Shown: piece by piece, positions 1 to 10,500 of the stretch | How positions within the stretch are numbered: position 1 is the first letter of the stretch | Layout: each line of letters starts with the position of its first letter | Program-made: the position numbers and the translations under genes | The notes under the pieces: model-generated | Told to the model about the DNA's origin: nothing | The model's input: only the letters and a program-made list of their open reading frames with translations | Databases searched by the model: none | Assembly (NCBI GenBank): GCA_938091905.1 | Contig: CALKOM010000020.1 | Coordinates: forward strand, 1 to 39,156 | DNA: 39,156 nucleotides | Direction: 5' to 3' | Origin: an uncultured Verrucomicrobiales bacterium | Lineage (GTDB): Bacteria; Verrucomicrobiota; Verrucomicrobiia; Verrucomicrobiales; DEV007

Positions 1-164
1 GCTCGTCCTTCCTGGGCTGATAAACACAGAATCCCCCCCCTTCGAAGCATTCCCGAAAGTCACGACGCCGCGAAAGATTTGCAGGCCGGCAGACAGAGCC
101 GCAATCCACAGCGGTTTCCACTGGATTCATAGCTCAGTTCCGGCATGCTGGCGACCACGAGACG

Positions 165-2138
165 ATGAAGAACCTTTGGAATGATCAGAACGCGGCAGCG
201 CTGGGCGACGATTTGTTGGCCCAGCGGGTCTACACCTCGCAGTTGTTGGGACAGGACCCAAAATTGGTGCTCCACGGAGGCGGAAACACCTCGGTAAAGA
301 TCCGGGAGAAGACGTTTTTCGGAGAAGAGGAAAACATCCTCTATGTGAAAGGTTCCGGCTGGGACTTGGAGACCATTGCCAAGGAAGGCTTTGCACCCAT
401 TCGGATGGACGTGCTCATGAAGCTAGCCGCCTTAGAGATGCTTTCGGATGCTGATATGGTGGCTCAGATGCGCGCAGGCATGACCAACCCAGCAGCGCCC
501 ACGGGCTCTGTCGAGGCCATCCTCCACGCAGCCCTCCCCTTCGCTTTTGTCGATCACACCCACGCCAATGCCATCCTAGCACTCACTAACAATGATCATG
601 GCGAAGCTCGTGTAAAAGAGGTCTATGGTGATCGCGTGATCGTGGTGCCTTACATCATGCCTGGCTTCGTGCTCGCCCGGAAGGTGTATGAATTGATCCA
701 GAGTCAAGATTTCTCAAAGATCGAAGGCATGGTGCTCATGAGTCACGGGATCTTCAGCTTTGCAAACACGGCCAAAGAATCCTACGACCGCATGATCTCG
801 CTCGTCGCGGAGGCTGAAGCCTTTATCAGCTCGAAGTGCGCTGGCTACGAGTTCCCAAAAGCCGAGCCAGCAGACTTGAATCTCGTGAAACTCGCACAGC
901 TACGCAGCGAGGTTTCAAAAACAGCCAAGCAAGCCATGATCGCTCGATTCGATGGATCATCCGAAGCTGCTGGATTTGCCCAGCTCGACAAAGTCGCCGA
1001 TATTGCTGGTCGAGGTCCAGTGACACCCGACCACGTTATTCGAACAAAACGCGTGCCCTTGATCTTCTCCAACGATGATCTTGATGGCGCCGTTGATGGC
1101 TACACGGGCACTTACACGAATTATTTCCAACGGTTCTCAACGCCTGATATTCAGATGCTCGACACCGCTCCTCGCTGGGCGGTTTGGTTAGAGAATGGAA
1201 CGATTTCGTTTGGTCGCAATGTAAAGGACGCTGACATCGTTGGGGATATTGTGAAGACGACACGCGAGACCGTTCAGTTAGGCGAGCAGCTCGGTGGTTG
1301 GATTCCGCTAACAGAAAGTCCACTATTCGACATCGAGTATTGGGAACTGGAACAAGCAAAGCTAAAGAAAGCTCCAGCTCGCAAGCCGCTTGAGGGCAAG
1401 GTCGCCTTGATCACCGGTGCTGCTGCAGGCATCGGACGCGCTTGCCTACAGGCCTTGCATGATGCAGGTGCTGCTGTGGTCGGCGTCGACCTAAACCCCG
1501 AGATCGAAGAGCTGCAAGATGATGATCGCTTAGGAATCGTTTGCAATCTCACAGACGACGACGCCACGCGTGGTGCCGTCGAGGCAACGGTGAAGCGTTT
1601 CGGCGGACTTGATATCCTCGTGAGCAATGCTGGCATCTTTACTGCCGGGGCGTATGTCGAGAAGCTGGACCCAGCAAACTGGGACAAGAGCATTGCCGTC
1701 AATCTCACCTCGCATGTGCGTCTCTTACACCATTGCGTCCCTTACTTGCGTCACGGCATCGATCCGACCGCCATCTACATCGGGTCGCGCAATGTGAACG
1801 CTCCCGGTGCCGGGGCTGCCTCATACTCCTGTGCAAAAGCAGGGCTAACACAACTCGTCCGTGTGGCTGCGCTCGAACTCGCAGCCGAGAATATTCGCGT
1901 AAACGTGGTCCATCCAGATGCTGTGTTCGACACAAAACTTTGGACACCAGAGGTGCTCGCCCGCTCCGCTGAGCGCTATAACATGACCGTCGAGGAATAC
2001 AAAACTCGCAACCTAATGAAGACGGAAATCAAATCAGCTGACGTCGGCAATATGATCGCCACCATGGCCGGCACCACCTTTGGTAAGACAACCGGCGCTC
2101 AAATTCCCGTGGACGGCGGCAATGATCGCGTCATTTAA
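165..2138 (+). CDS. Bifunctional class II aldolase / short-chain dehydrogenase (rhamnulose-1-phosphate aldolase/SDR-like)
   Basis: N-terminal LVLHGGGNTSVK, YVKGSGWDL, SVEAILH, VDHTH and HG motifs. C-terminal SDR motifs TGAAAGIG, NAG, YSCAK and TGAQIPVDGG. Confidence 0.9.
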   Translation: MKNLWNDQNAAALGDDLLAQRVYTSQLLGQDPKLVLHGGGNTSVKIREKTFFGEEENILYVKGSGWDLETIAKEGFAPIRMDVLMKLAALEMLSDADMVAQMRAGMTNPAAPTGSVEAILHAALPFAFVDHTHANAILALTNNDHGEARVKEVYGDRVIVVPYIMPGFVLARKVYELIQSQDFSKIEGMVLMSHGIFSFANTAKESYDRMISLVAEAEAFISSKCAGYEFPKAEPADLNLVKLAQLRSEVSKTAKQAMIARFDGSSEAAGFAQLDKVADIAGRGPVTPDHVIRTKRVPLIFSNDDLDGAVDGYTGTYTNYFQRFSTPDIQMLDTAPRWAVWLENGTISFGRNVKDADIVGDIVKTTRETVQLGEQLGGWIPLTESPLFDIEYWELEQAKLKKAPARKPLEGKVALITGAAAGIGRACLQALHDAGAAVVGVDLNPEIEELQDDDRLGIVCNLTDDDATRGAVEATVKRFGGLDILVSNAGIFTAGAYVEKLDPANWDKSIAVNLTSHVRLLHHCVPYLRHGIDPTAIYIGSRNVNAPGAGAASYSCAKAGLTQLVRVAALELAAENIRVNVVHPDAVFDTKLWTPEVLARSAERYNMTVEEYKTRNLMKTEIKSADVGNMIATMAGTTFGKTTGAQIPVDGGNDRVI

Positions 2139-2166
2139 TTCATCAAGACCTATTTCCTCTAACCCT

Positions 2167-3171
2167 ATGAGAAAGACACCTAAGATCATCAACGATCCCA
2201 ACGCTTGCGCAGCGGAACTGTTAGACGGCCTCGTAGAGGCCTATGACGGTGAAGCGAAGAAGGTTGGGGCTGGTTCCATTGTTATGAGTGATTTGCCTGA
2301 TGGCAAAGTCGCTTTGCTAGTCGGTGGCGGTAGCGGCCACGAGCCCATCTATCATGGCCTCGTCGGCAGCAACATGGCCGATGGCGCTGCCTGTGGCGAT
2401 ATCTTTGCCGCTCCCCCGCCCAACATTGTACTAGAAGCCACGCAAGCCGTCGATCGCGGTAAAGGCGTGCTCTACCTTTACGGGAACTACGCTGGCGATG
2501 TCATGAATTTCGACATGGGCGCCGAACTTGCTGATGACGAAGACATCCGAGTCGAAACCGTGCTCATCTGGGACGACGTCGCTTCAGCACCGCCCGAGCG
2601 TAAAGAAGATCGCCGTGGTATCGCTGGCCTCGTGCTCATCGTAAAGATCGCAGGAGCGGCTGCATCGACAGTCGACTCTTTAGACGAACTTGTGAGAGTC
2701 ACTACGAAAGCACGAGACAACACACGCTCTGTTGGTGTGGCCGTCGCAGCAGGCTCGATTCCCGCCACTGGTGAACCCACCTTCGACCTTGCCGAAGGCA
2801 TGATGGGTGTCGGCATGGGCATTCATGGAGAGAAAGGTGTCCGCGTCGATCCGCTTTGTACCGCGGATGAGATGGCCCCTCAGTTGTTGGACATTGTCTT
2901 TGGCGACGACTTGGAATTCGGCGACGGGGATGAGGTTATCCTCTTCATCAACAGTCTCGGTGCCACCACCCAGATGGAACTACTCATTCTTAATCGTGCA
3001 CTCAAGCCCTTGCTCGCTGCCAAGGGCATCAAAGTCTATGACACCGTGATTGGCGATATTGTTACCTGTCAGGAAATGGCCGGACTTTCTGTCAGCCTCC
3101 TCAAACTTGACGACGAATTGAAGAAGTATTGGGACATGCCTTGTCAGTCTGTGGGCTATTCCAAAATGTAA
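2167..3171 (+). CDS. dhaK: Dihydroxyacetone kinase family, substrate-binding subunit DhaK
   Basis: GGGSGHEP, NYAGDVMNF, RRGIAG and GMGIHGEKG motifs. Start moved to ATG 2167 because the ORF-track start (2080) overlaps the upstream gene. Confidence 0.9.
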   Translation: MRKTPKIINDPNACAAELLDGLVEAYDGEAKKVGAGSIVMSDLPDGKVALLVGGGSGHEPIYHGLVGSNMADGAACGDIFAAPPPNIVLEATQAVDRGKGVLYLYGNYAGDVMNFDMGAELADDEDIRVETVLIWDDVASAPPERKEDRRGIAGLVLIVKIAGAAASTVDSLDELVRVTTKARDNTRSVGVAVAAGSIPATGEPTFDLAEGMMGVGMGIHGEKGVRVDPLCTADEMAPQLLDIVFGDDLEFGDGDEVILFINSLGATTQMELLILNRALKPLLAAKGIKVYDTVIGDIVTCQEMAGLSVSLLKLDDELKKYWDMPCQSVGYSKM

Positions 3172-3175
3172 CCCT

Positions 3176-3811
3176 ATGAGCAAAGCAAACCTTACACTCG
3201 ACGAAGTCGTTGCCATGCTAGACCGTGTGGCTGATAAGATCATCGCAAGCGAACCTGAACTGTCAGAGGCTGATCGCAATATTGGCGACGGCGATCATGG
3301 ACTCGGTATGCAACGCGGTCTCACCGCAGCCAAAGAAAAGCTGGCCGAAGGCGGATTCCCCTCAATTGACAAGGCCTTCATGGCTGTGGGCACAGCCATG
3401 ATGAGCTCCATGGGCGGAGCGTCCGGGGCCATCTTCGGCACCCTCTTCCGCGCTGGCGGAAAGGCTCTCAAAGGCCAAGGGGTCTTTGATAGTGCCGGAC
3501 TTGCTACCTTCCTGCAAGCGGCCGTCCAGGGCGTGCAAGATCGGGGCAAGGCCGAAGTCGGCGACAAGACCGTAGTCGATGCAATGGTACCCGCGGCTGA
3601 GAAAGCAAAAGGTACTAGCGAAGGTAACCTGACAGAAGCCTTGGCAGCTGCTGCTGATGCCGCAGAAGGTGGCAAGGAAGCGAGTAAAGACATGGTTGCC
3701 AAATTTGGGCGAGCAAAGACACTCGGCGACGGCGCCGTCGGTCATCCAGATGCGGGCGCTCTCTCCTTTACTATCATCATGCAAGCGATGCGAGACTATG
3801 TGAACGAGTAG
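3176..3811 (+). CDS. dhaL: Dihydroxyacetone kinase family, nucleotide-binding subunit DhaL
   Basis: IGDGDHG, MGGASG, GDKTVVD, GRA and HPDAGA motifs. Starts 4 nt after dhaK. Confidence 0.9.
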   Translation: MSKANLTLDEVVAMLDRVADKIIASEPELSEADRNIGDGDHGLGMQRGLTAAKEKLAEGGFPSIDKAFMAVGTAMMSSMGGASGAIFGTLFRAGGKALKGQGVFDSAGLATFLQAAVQGVQDRGKAEVGDKTVVDAMVPAAEKAKGTSEGNLTEALAAAADAAEGGKEASKDMVAKFGRAKTLGDGAVGHPDAGALSFTIIMQAMRDYVNE

Positions 3812-3823
3812 ATAAGTAAAACC

Positions 3824-3849
3824 ACCACGAAATACACCGAATACATGGA
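3824..3849 (+). repeat. Left imperfect inverted repeat flanking the GxxExxY gene
   Basis: ACCACGAAATACACCGAATACATGGA matches the reverse complement of 4278-4304 at 21 of 27 aligned positions, with one gap. Confidence 0.7.
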
Positions 3850-3873
3850 AAGGAAGTATCTAAAGGGAAAGTT

Positions 3874-4249
3874 GTGGACACCAAACTACTTTTCGAAAAC
3901 GAATCCTACGCCATTAGAGGAGCCTACTTTGAAGTGAATAAATCGAAGGATCACGGATTTTTTGAAGCCGTCTATCAGGGGGGGGTGGAGATCGAATTTG
4001 AGATTAGAGACGTCCCTTACGTCAGCCAACCCAAGTTCAATCTATCCTATCGCGGACGGCAGCTTAGCTCATACTAACGGCCCAACTTCATCTGCCACCA
4101 GAAAGATCATCGTCAATTTAAAGGCATGTTCCTGGCTCACGGACCAATATCGTGCTCAGACCTATCGTTACCTACGGGCGAGAGGTCTGCGGGTTGGCTT
4201 TTTCGTGAACTTCGGACATCATCCAAAGATTGATAGAGTCGTTCACTGA
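3874..4249 (+). pseudogene. GxxExxY family protein (PD-(D/E)XK-like), disrupted
   Basis: ESYAIRGAYFEV...GFFEAVYQ...SQP. In-frame TAA at 4075-4077, then RPNFICHQK, then a frameshift into KIIVNLKA...AQTYRYLRARGLRVGFFVNFG. Confidence 0.85.
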
Positions 4250-4277
4250 ATCGTAGCTTGCCCTTCAAAAGTAGCTG

Positions 4278-4304
4278 TCCGTGTCTTCGGTGCCCTTCCG
4301 TGGT
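4278..4304 (-). repeat. Right imperfect inverted repeat flanking the GxxExxY gene
   Basis: TCCGTGTCTTCGGTGCCCTTCCGTGGT; reverse complement is ACCACGGAAGGGCACCGAAGACACGGA. Confidence 0.7.
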
Positions 4305-4319
4305 TCTTTTCTCTCCCCA

Positions 4320-7300
4320 ATGCTCACGATCCATTCCTCCAACCGTGTCGAAACACTCGCAGCGCGTCTTGGTGGACTACTCCGAAAACCGCTCGCCGAT
4401 CCCATGGCTGCCGACGTCATCATGGTGCAAAGCCATGGGTTGGAGCGTTGGTTGTCCCTCGAACTCGCGACGACGTTAGGCGTTAGCGCCAATATTCAGT
4501 TTCCCTTCCCCATCCCTTTTCTCACCAGGGTGATGGTGGCCAATACTCCTGGATGGAATGAGGAGCACTCGGCACTACTGGACCGGGAGGCGCTTCAGTG
4601 GATTCTCATGGAAGTGTTGCCAGACGTCGCCAAGCAAACTGGCGGCGAGCCACTGGCAAACTTTCTCGATCCTGAGGCTTCTTCTCCCGATGTTAGACTC
4701 TATCAACTCGCGAGCCGTCTAGGAGAACTGTTGGATCGATATCAACTCTATCGTCCACAGATCCTTCAGCGTTGGCTAAATGGACGAGTTCTTGATGAGG
4801 AGATCTGGCAAGCGCTCACATGGCAGGCCTTGATCCGACGAACGGGCCCCTATCATCGTCTAGCCTTGCAACGTGCCTTTCTCCAAGCAATTGCTCAGAA
4901 GAAGCACGGCGACAATCTGTCAGCGCTTCCTCCTCGCATCTGTCTGTTTGGCCTATCATCGCTGGCGCCTTTCTTTGTCGACACGTTGAATGCCCTTTCA
5001 CCGCACACCGATCTGCATCTCTTCTTTCTGAACCCCTGCCAGGAGTATTGGGGAGACATCCTTTCTCGCAAACAACGCACCCGTATCTTCTCCCGCAACA
5101 AGTCTGAGCCCCTAGATCCGCTCGATCAAATGGAGCTCGGGCTCACCGCAGAGCCTGATTTCGAGAACGAACTACTCGCCTACTTTGGAAAGCTCGGGCG
5201 GGATTTCTTCGATCAGCTCGTCGATATCGAAACCGCTGATCATGATGAAGAATTTGTCTTCGCTGAAGGACGTAGTGCTCTTTCTGCGCTGCAAACGGAT
5301 ATTCTGTCACTTCAAGAAGGCCAGGGCAATATTGATGCCGAGACGGAGAGCGATGCACCGAGTCTTCAGGTCCACAGTTGCCACAGCCCGATGCGTGAGG
5401 TCGAGGTACTCAACGATGTCTTGTTAGACCTGTTTGAGAAACAACCTGATCTAACCCCGCGTGATGTGATTGTGATGGCTCCGAAGATCGACGACTACAC
5501 GTCGAAGATCCACGCCGTCTTCGGCCGTCCTCACAGTGACGAACGCTATCTTCCCTACGATATCGCGGATCGTACCCCTCGGCTTTCGCATACGTTGAGC
5601 GGTGCCTTTCTACAACTGCTCTCCCTTGCCGATACTCGATGGGAGGTGAGCGAGATTCTCGGCATCTTGGAATGCGTTCCCATCATGGAACGTTTCGGAA
5701 TCACGGAAACGGGACTGGATACTATACGCCACTGGATTGCGGTAAGTGGCACGCGCTGGGCGCGTGATGGGCATTCGAAAGCGGATTTCGACCTTCCGGA
5801 GACCTACGCAAACACCTGGCAATTCGGGTTGGATCGCCTCTTGTTAGGCTACGCAATGCCGAGTAACGAACAGGCATCCTTCGAAGGAGTGCTTCCCTTT
5901 GATCACGTGGAAGGCAGCGACCTCGAAGTCCTCAGCCAGTTTTTGAGTCTATGGGACCAACTGAGAGCGACCGCCGACCAATTGAAGGGTCTCCACCCAG
6001 CAAGCCGCTGGGCACAGTTAGGTCGGCAAATCGTGCGGCAATTCTTTGTCGATGATCCTGCCTATGCCTACGAACTTCAGTTTCTCTATCAATTGTTTGA
6101 TGAGTTCGAAGCTTCGGTCCAACAAGCCAACTTCGAGAACAATCTCAGCCTTGCCGTCGTCCGCACCTACGTTGAGGGACGGCTCGATGAATCACGCACG
6201 AGCGGCGGATTCTTTACCGGTGGTATCACGTTTTGCAATCTCCTGCCCATGCGGAGCATTCCCTTTCGCGTGGTCGTGCTGCTCGGCATGAACTCGAAGG
6301 AGTTTCCCAGGCAAGATCGCCAAGATACCTTCGATCTCATGAGCAATAATCCCGTGCGGGGCGACCGCACTCGCAAGCAGGATGACCGCTACATGTTCCT
6401 AGAGGCGATGCTGGCTGCTCGTGATCACTTTGTCATGCTCTACACAGGCCAGAGCCTGAAGGATAACAGCGAGATGTCACCCAGCGTCTTCGTGAACCAG
6501 CTTCGCGACTACTTCGAACGCGTTTATCAAATCGCCCCGTCGACCTATAGCACCACCCATCCACTCCAACCGTTCAGTCCGACCTACTTTGACCCGGACC
6601 AGCGTTTCCGCACGTTTGCTCGAGAGTATTTGGAATCCACCCCGTCACGAATCGAAGCGCCTGAGCTGCAAACCGACGAACCAACTGAAAAAATCGTGAC
6701 TATTGGTGAACTCATACACTTCCTCCAACAGCCAGTCGCGACATACTATCAGCACGTATTCGGTCTCTACAAACCGAGTTCAGGCATCGAAACCTCAGAC
6801 GTCGAACCCATCACGCTAAACGCGTTGGATTCATGGCAACTTGATCAGTGGATTCTCGAACTTCTGGAGGCCGAAACGCCAATCGATGAGATCGGCGATT
6901 TGCTTCTCGCTGGCGGTCAATTGCCGCATGGAGCCCACGGACGGAGTGAAGTTCATCACGTGGTCGCCAATGTCCGCCGTTTCCAAAAAAGCATGCAAGA
7001 GTTCTTGGCAAGTCCACTGGTCGATCCGATTGAGGTCGATCTCATGGTCGGCGAATGGCGGGTGCGTGGCACGCTCAACGGACTTCGAGAAGAGGGCTTC
7101 CGCCGCATACGATTTGGCAAGATACGGCCCAAGGACCGCTACCGACTCTGGGTCGAACACCTGGTCGCGCAAAGCCTTCCGAACCTCCAGCAAAAACCAA
7201 CCATTATTCTCGGACGCGACGATCAAAACATGGCGCTCCAAGAGTTCAACACAACGCATGCCGCCGTGCATGAGCTTCGACAGCTCGCTGAAATTAGAGA

Positions 7301-7571
7301 GGAAGCGCTCACCAAACCTCTAGCATTGTTTCCTAGGGCGTCAATGACCTACGCCGAGCAACGCAAGAAGCGCAAAGATCCAGCAGAGAGCCTCGCCAAA
7401 GCGCGTGATGACTGGCAAGGCAACCAACACCAGACCGGAGAGCGTGACGATTACTATCACCAACTCGCGTTCGGGACGACTGGAAACCCGTTCGACAAGA
7501 CGTTCACCGCACTCAGTGAACAGATCGTCCGACCCATCCTCGACAACGAGAAGAAGAATGTCGAGTTTTAG
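4320..7571 (+). CDS. recC: Exodeoxyribonuclease V subunit gamma
   Basis: MLTIHSSNRVETL, NPCQEYWGDI, QVHSCHSPMREVEVL, DVIVMAP, PMRSIPF and HPLQPFS motifs. ATG 4320 preferred as start. Confidence 0.95.
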   Translation: MLTIHSSNRVETLAARLGGLLRKPLADPMAADVIMVQSHGLERWLSLELATTLGVSANIQFPFPIPFLTRVMVANTPGWNEEHSALLDREALQWILMEVLPDVAKQTGGEPLANFLDPEASSPDVRLYQLASRLGELLDRYQLYRPQILQRWLNGRVLDEEIWQALTWQALIRRTGPYHRLALQRAFLQAIAQKKHGDNLSALPPRICLFGLSSLAPFFVDTLNALSPHTDLHLFFLNPCQEYWGDILSRKQRTRIFSRNKSEPLDPLDQMELGLTAEPDFENELLAYFGKLGRDFFDQLVDIETADHDEEFVFAEGRSALSALQTDILSLQEGQGNIDAETESDAPSLQVHSCHSPMREVEVLNDVLLDLFEKQPDLTPRDVIVMAPKIDDYTSKIHAVFGRPHSDERYLPYDIADRTPRLSHTLSGAFLQLLSLADTRWEVSEILGILECVPIMERFGITETGLDTIRHWIAVSGTRWARDGHSKADFDLPETYANTWQFGLDRLLLGYAMPSNEQASFEGVLPFDHVEGSDLEVLSQFLSLWDQLRATADQLKGLHPASRWAQLGRQIVRQFFVDDPAYAYELQFLYQLFDEFEASVQQANFENNLSLAVVRTYVEGRLDESRTSGGFFTGGITFCNLLPMRSIPFRVVVLLGMNSKEFPRQDRQDTFDLMSNNPVRGDRTRKQDDRYMFLEAMLAARDHFVMLYTGQSLKDNSEMSPSVFVNQLRDYFERVYQIAPSTYSTTHPLQPFSPTYFDPDQRFRTFAREYLESTPSRIEAPELQTDEPTEKIVTIGELIHFLQQPVATYYQHVFGLYKPSSGIETSDVEPITLNALDSWQLDQWILELLEAETPIDEIGDLLLAGGQLPHGAHGRSEVHHVVANVRRFQKSMQEFLASPLVDPIEVDLMVGEWRVRGTLNGLREEGFRRIRFGKIRPKDRYRLWVEHLVAQSLPNLQQKPTIILGRDDQNMALQEFNTTHAAVHELRQLAEIREEALTKPLALFPRASMTYAEQRKKRKDPAESLAKARDDWQGNQHQTGERDDYYHQLAFGTTGNPFDKTFTALSEQIVRPILDNEKKNVEF

Positions 7572-10500
7572 CATCATGCACGCATTCGACCCGCTCGACT
7601 GTCCGCTTCGCGGTTGCGTGTTTATCGAGGCAAGCGCCGGAACGGGAAAGACGCACAGTATCACTAGTCTTGTTCTAAGGCTTGTGCTGGAGAAAAACGT
7701 GGAGATGAAAGAATTTCTTCTCGTCACTTACACCAATGCCGCCACCGATGAACTCGGCCGCAAGACCCGCGAGCGCTTTCACCTAGCACTGCGCCAACTG
7801 AACGACACTCTTCCGGACGATCTCGCTCCAGACCCCCTAGTCACTGACCTGCTCAAAGAGCAACGCATCGAAACCACCACGGCGATCAAAAGTTTGCGTG
7901 ACGCTCTGCTCAACTTTGATGAACTCGCCATTCTGACCATCCACGGGTTTTGTCAGAGACTCCTGCGGGACCGGGCTTTTGAGAGCGGGCAGATGTTCGA
8001 CACCGAACTTGAGCCCGACGAAGCAAGCCTTGTACAAGACACCTTGCACGATTTCTGGCGCTTGCTTGTGGTACGACAGAATGAGAGTTTCTTCAGCTAC
8101 CTGCGCCAGAAGAAACTTGGGTTACCCGCGCTCATGGACCTCGCCCGCACGGCAATGTCTCAGGCCGACGCCGACATTGTCCCTGAATCAAACGAGGAAG
8201 CTCCCCATGCCGATCTAAAGTCGTGGGAAGATCTTATCGCCGAAGTTCAAGCATTTCTGGATTCCAACGAGAACGAAATCCTCGCCACCATAAATGAAGC
8301 GAAACTGAACGGCCGCGTTTACCAAGCCAAGCGCACCATCACTTGGCTCGCTGACGTTCGCGACTGGCTCGCCGAGCCGTTTCCTCTGCCGAGCACGTGC
8401 GACAAACTCAGTAGGTTTACAAACACCAAGCTTGTCGAGAATACCAAGGACGGCGAGACACCTCCTTCTCATGCCTTCTTCGACCTCTGTGACAACCTGA
8501 GTGATCAGGGAGAAGTCTTGGAAGCGATGCTTGAGCATCAATGGGTGGAAACGAAGCGCGACTTGCTACTCTTCCTTCGCCAGAGACTTCCCGAGCGAAA
8601 GCAGTTGCTCAATCGATTTGCCTACGAAGACCTTCTGCAGAACGCACGCCAGGCATTGCAAGAAGAATCCGGCACGCTCGCAGCGTCATTGGGGCAGCAG
8701 TATCCTATCATTCTTATCGACGAATTCCAAGATACCGACCCTACCCAATATGCCATCTTCAAGCATCTACACGACAGCGAAGACCATCGACTCCTTTGCT
8801 TAATAGGAGATCCGAAGCAAGCCATCTACGCTTTCCGCGGCGGCGATATCTTTACCTACACCCACGCTCGGAAACAGGCGGATCACCTGGCCACCTTGGG
8901 AGAGAACTGGCGATCATCGCCAGGACTGATCGAAGCGGTGAACACCGTCTACCGTGTGGCACCTCGGCCATTCTGGTCATCTGCAATTGACTATCATGTG
9001 GTGAATTCTCCGCCCATTTCGCTTGATGAACGCCAGCGCACGCTCGTTGGAGAGGATGCCGACATCGCACCGATGCAGCTATGGCAGATCTCGGAGAAAG
9101 GCCCTCGCGAAGCGGAGCAGCAATGCGTTGAAGCCACCTGTCAGGAAATTGCGCGACTCCTTCAGTTAGGGCGCGATCAGGCTCTCCATGTCAACGGTCA
9201 CGCAGTGGCCCCGTCAGACATTGCGATCCTCATTCGATCCCACTGGCAAGCTCCTGCATTTCAAGAATGCCTTCAACAACTGGGTGTAAAAACCGTGAGC
9301 TACGAACGGCAGCACCTCTTCCAAACGAAGGAAGCAGAGTGTTTCGACATCTTTCTACGCGTCCTCGCCTCACCTCGGGATGAGAACCTTCTCAAGGCAC
9401 TCTTGCTGAGCGAACTGATGGGATTCACCAATGAAGATCTCAAGCTAGCACTGACTGATGAAGGACGTTGGGGCAGTTTGTTAGAAATGATTGGCTCGTA
9501 CCGTGCGCAATGGCGGGCCGAGAGCTTCATCGTGATGTTCAGGCGCTTCTTGCGCGAAGAATACCTCTCTCAGCGCCTCCTCGCCTTGCCCAATGGTGAG
9601 CGCAGCCTCACCAACATTCTTCATTTGTCCGAACTGGTCGAAGAAGCCCAGGCATCGAAGAAGTTAAGTATCCATGCAACCTTGCAATGGTACCAGGACG
9701 AGCGCGATTCCTCGCTATCGGACGAGAAAGAGCTCCGACTAGAAAGCGATGATGATCGCGTCAAGATCGTGACCGTTCACAGGAGCAAAGGACTCGAATA
9801 TCCCTTCGTGTTCATGCCGTATGCATGGATGGGCACAGATCGAAGTCGAAAGGACAAAGACTACGTGAGCTTTCACCAGGCCGAACAACACGGCCACAGG
9901 CGCGTGATTGACGTGGGCTCCGAAAGCTTCGATATGCATCGCGGTCAAGCCGGTGAAGAAGCATTGGAAGAAGAACTCCGCCTTCTCTACGTGGCCCTGA
10001 CACGCGCCCAACATCGCGTCTACTTACTCTTTGCTCCAGAAACGAAGAAGTACAAGGCCTCTAGTCTTGCCTACCTTTGGCACCATTTGGAAAGCGATCT
10101 TGAGGGCTCCCTTTCAGATGTCAAAGATAGGTTAGAGAGGCACACGCCCATGCGCTTCCGAGAGGACTTGGCAAAACTGGTAGGTGCTAGCAATGGTACT
10201 ATTGCCCTCGGAACTTGGGAGAATCGGAACCAAGTGACGCTGTCTCAACATGAATCCGAGCGAGCGCAAGCACCACGCCAGTTTCAAGCTCAGCCCAGTC
10301 GCAACTGGGGCATCACAAGCTATTCATCATTGGCAGGACATGGTGAAACATTAGAAACTCCCGACCGCGACACTCCAGATCCTTTGCCAGCGCCAGAAAT
10401 CCCTGCCGAACAACTGTCCGGCATGGATGCGCTCCCTCGAGGCGCACGCACGGGAAACATGCTCCATGCTATCTACGAAAATCTTTCTTTTCAAGCTAGC

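Noticed and set aside
1..164. Possible structured RNA upstream of the aldolase/SDR gene
   Set aside because: No recognisable tRNA or riboswitch consensus, and no convincing long stem.
3874..4249. Programmed frameshift or readthrough producing an active GxxExxY protein
   Set aside because: It would need both stop bypass and a frameshift, and the expected D and ExK nuclease residues read N (RPNF) and NLK. Decay is the simpler explanation.
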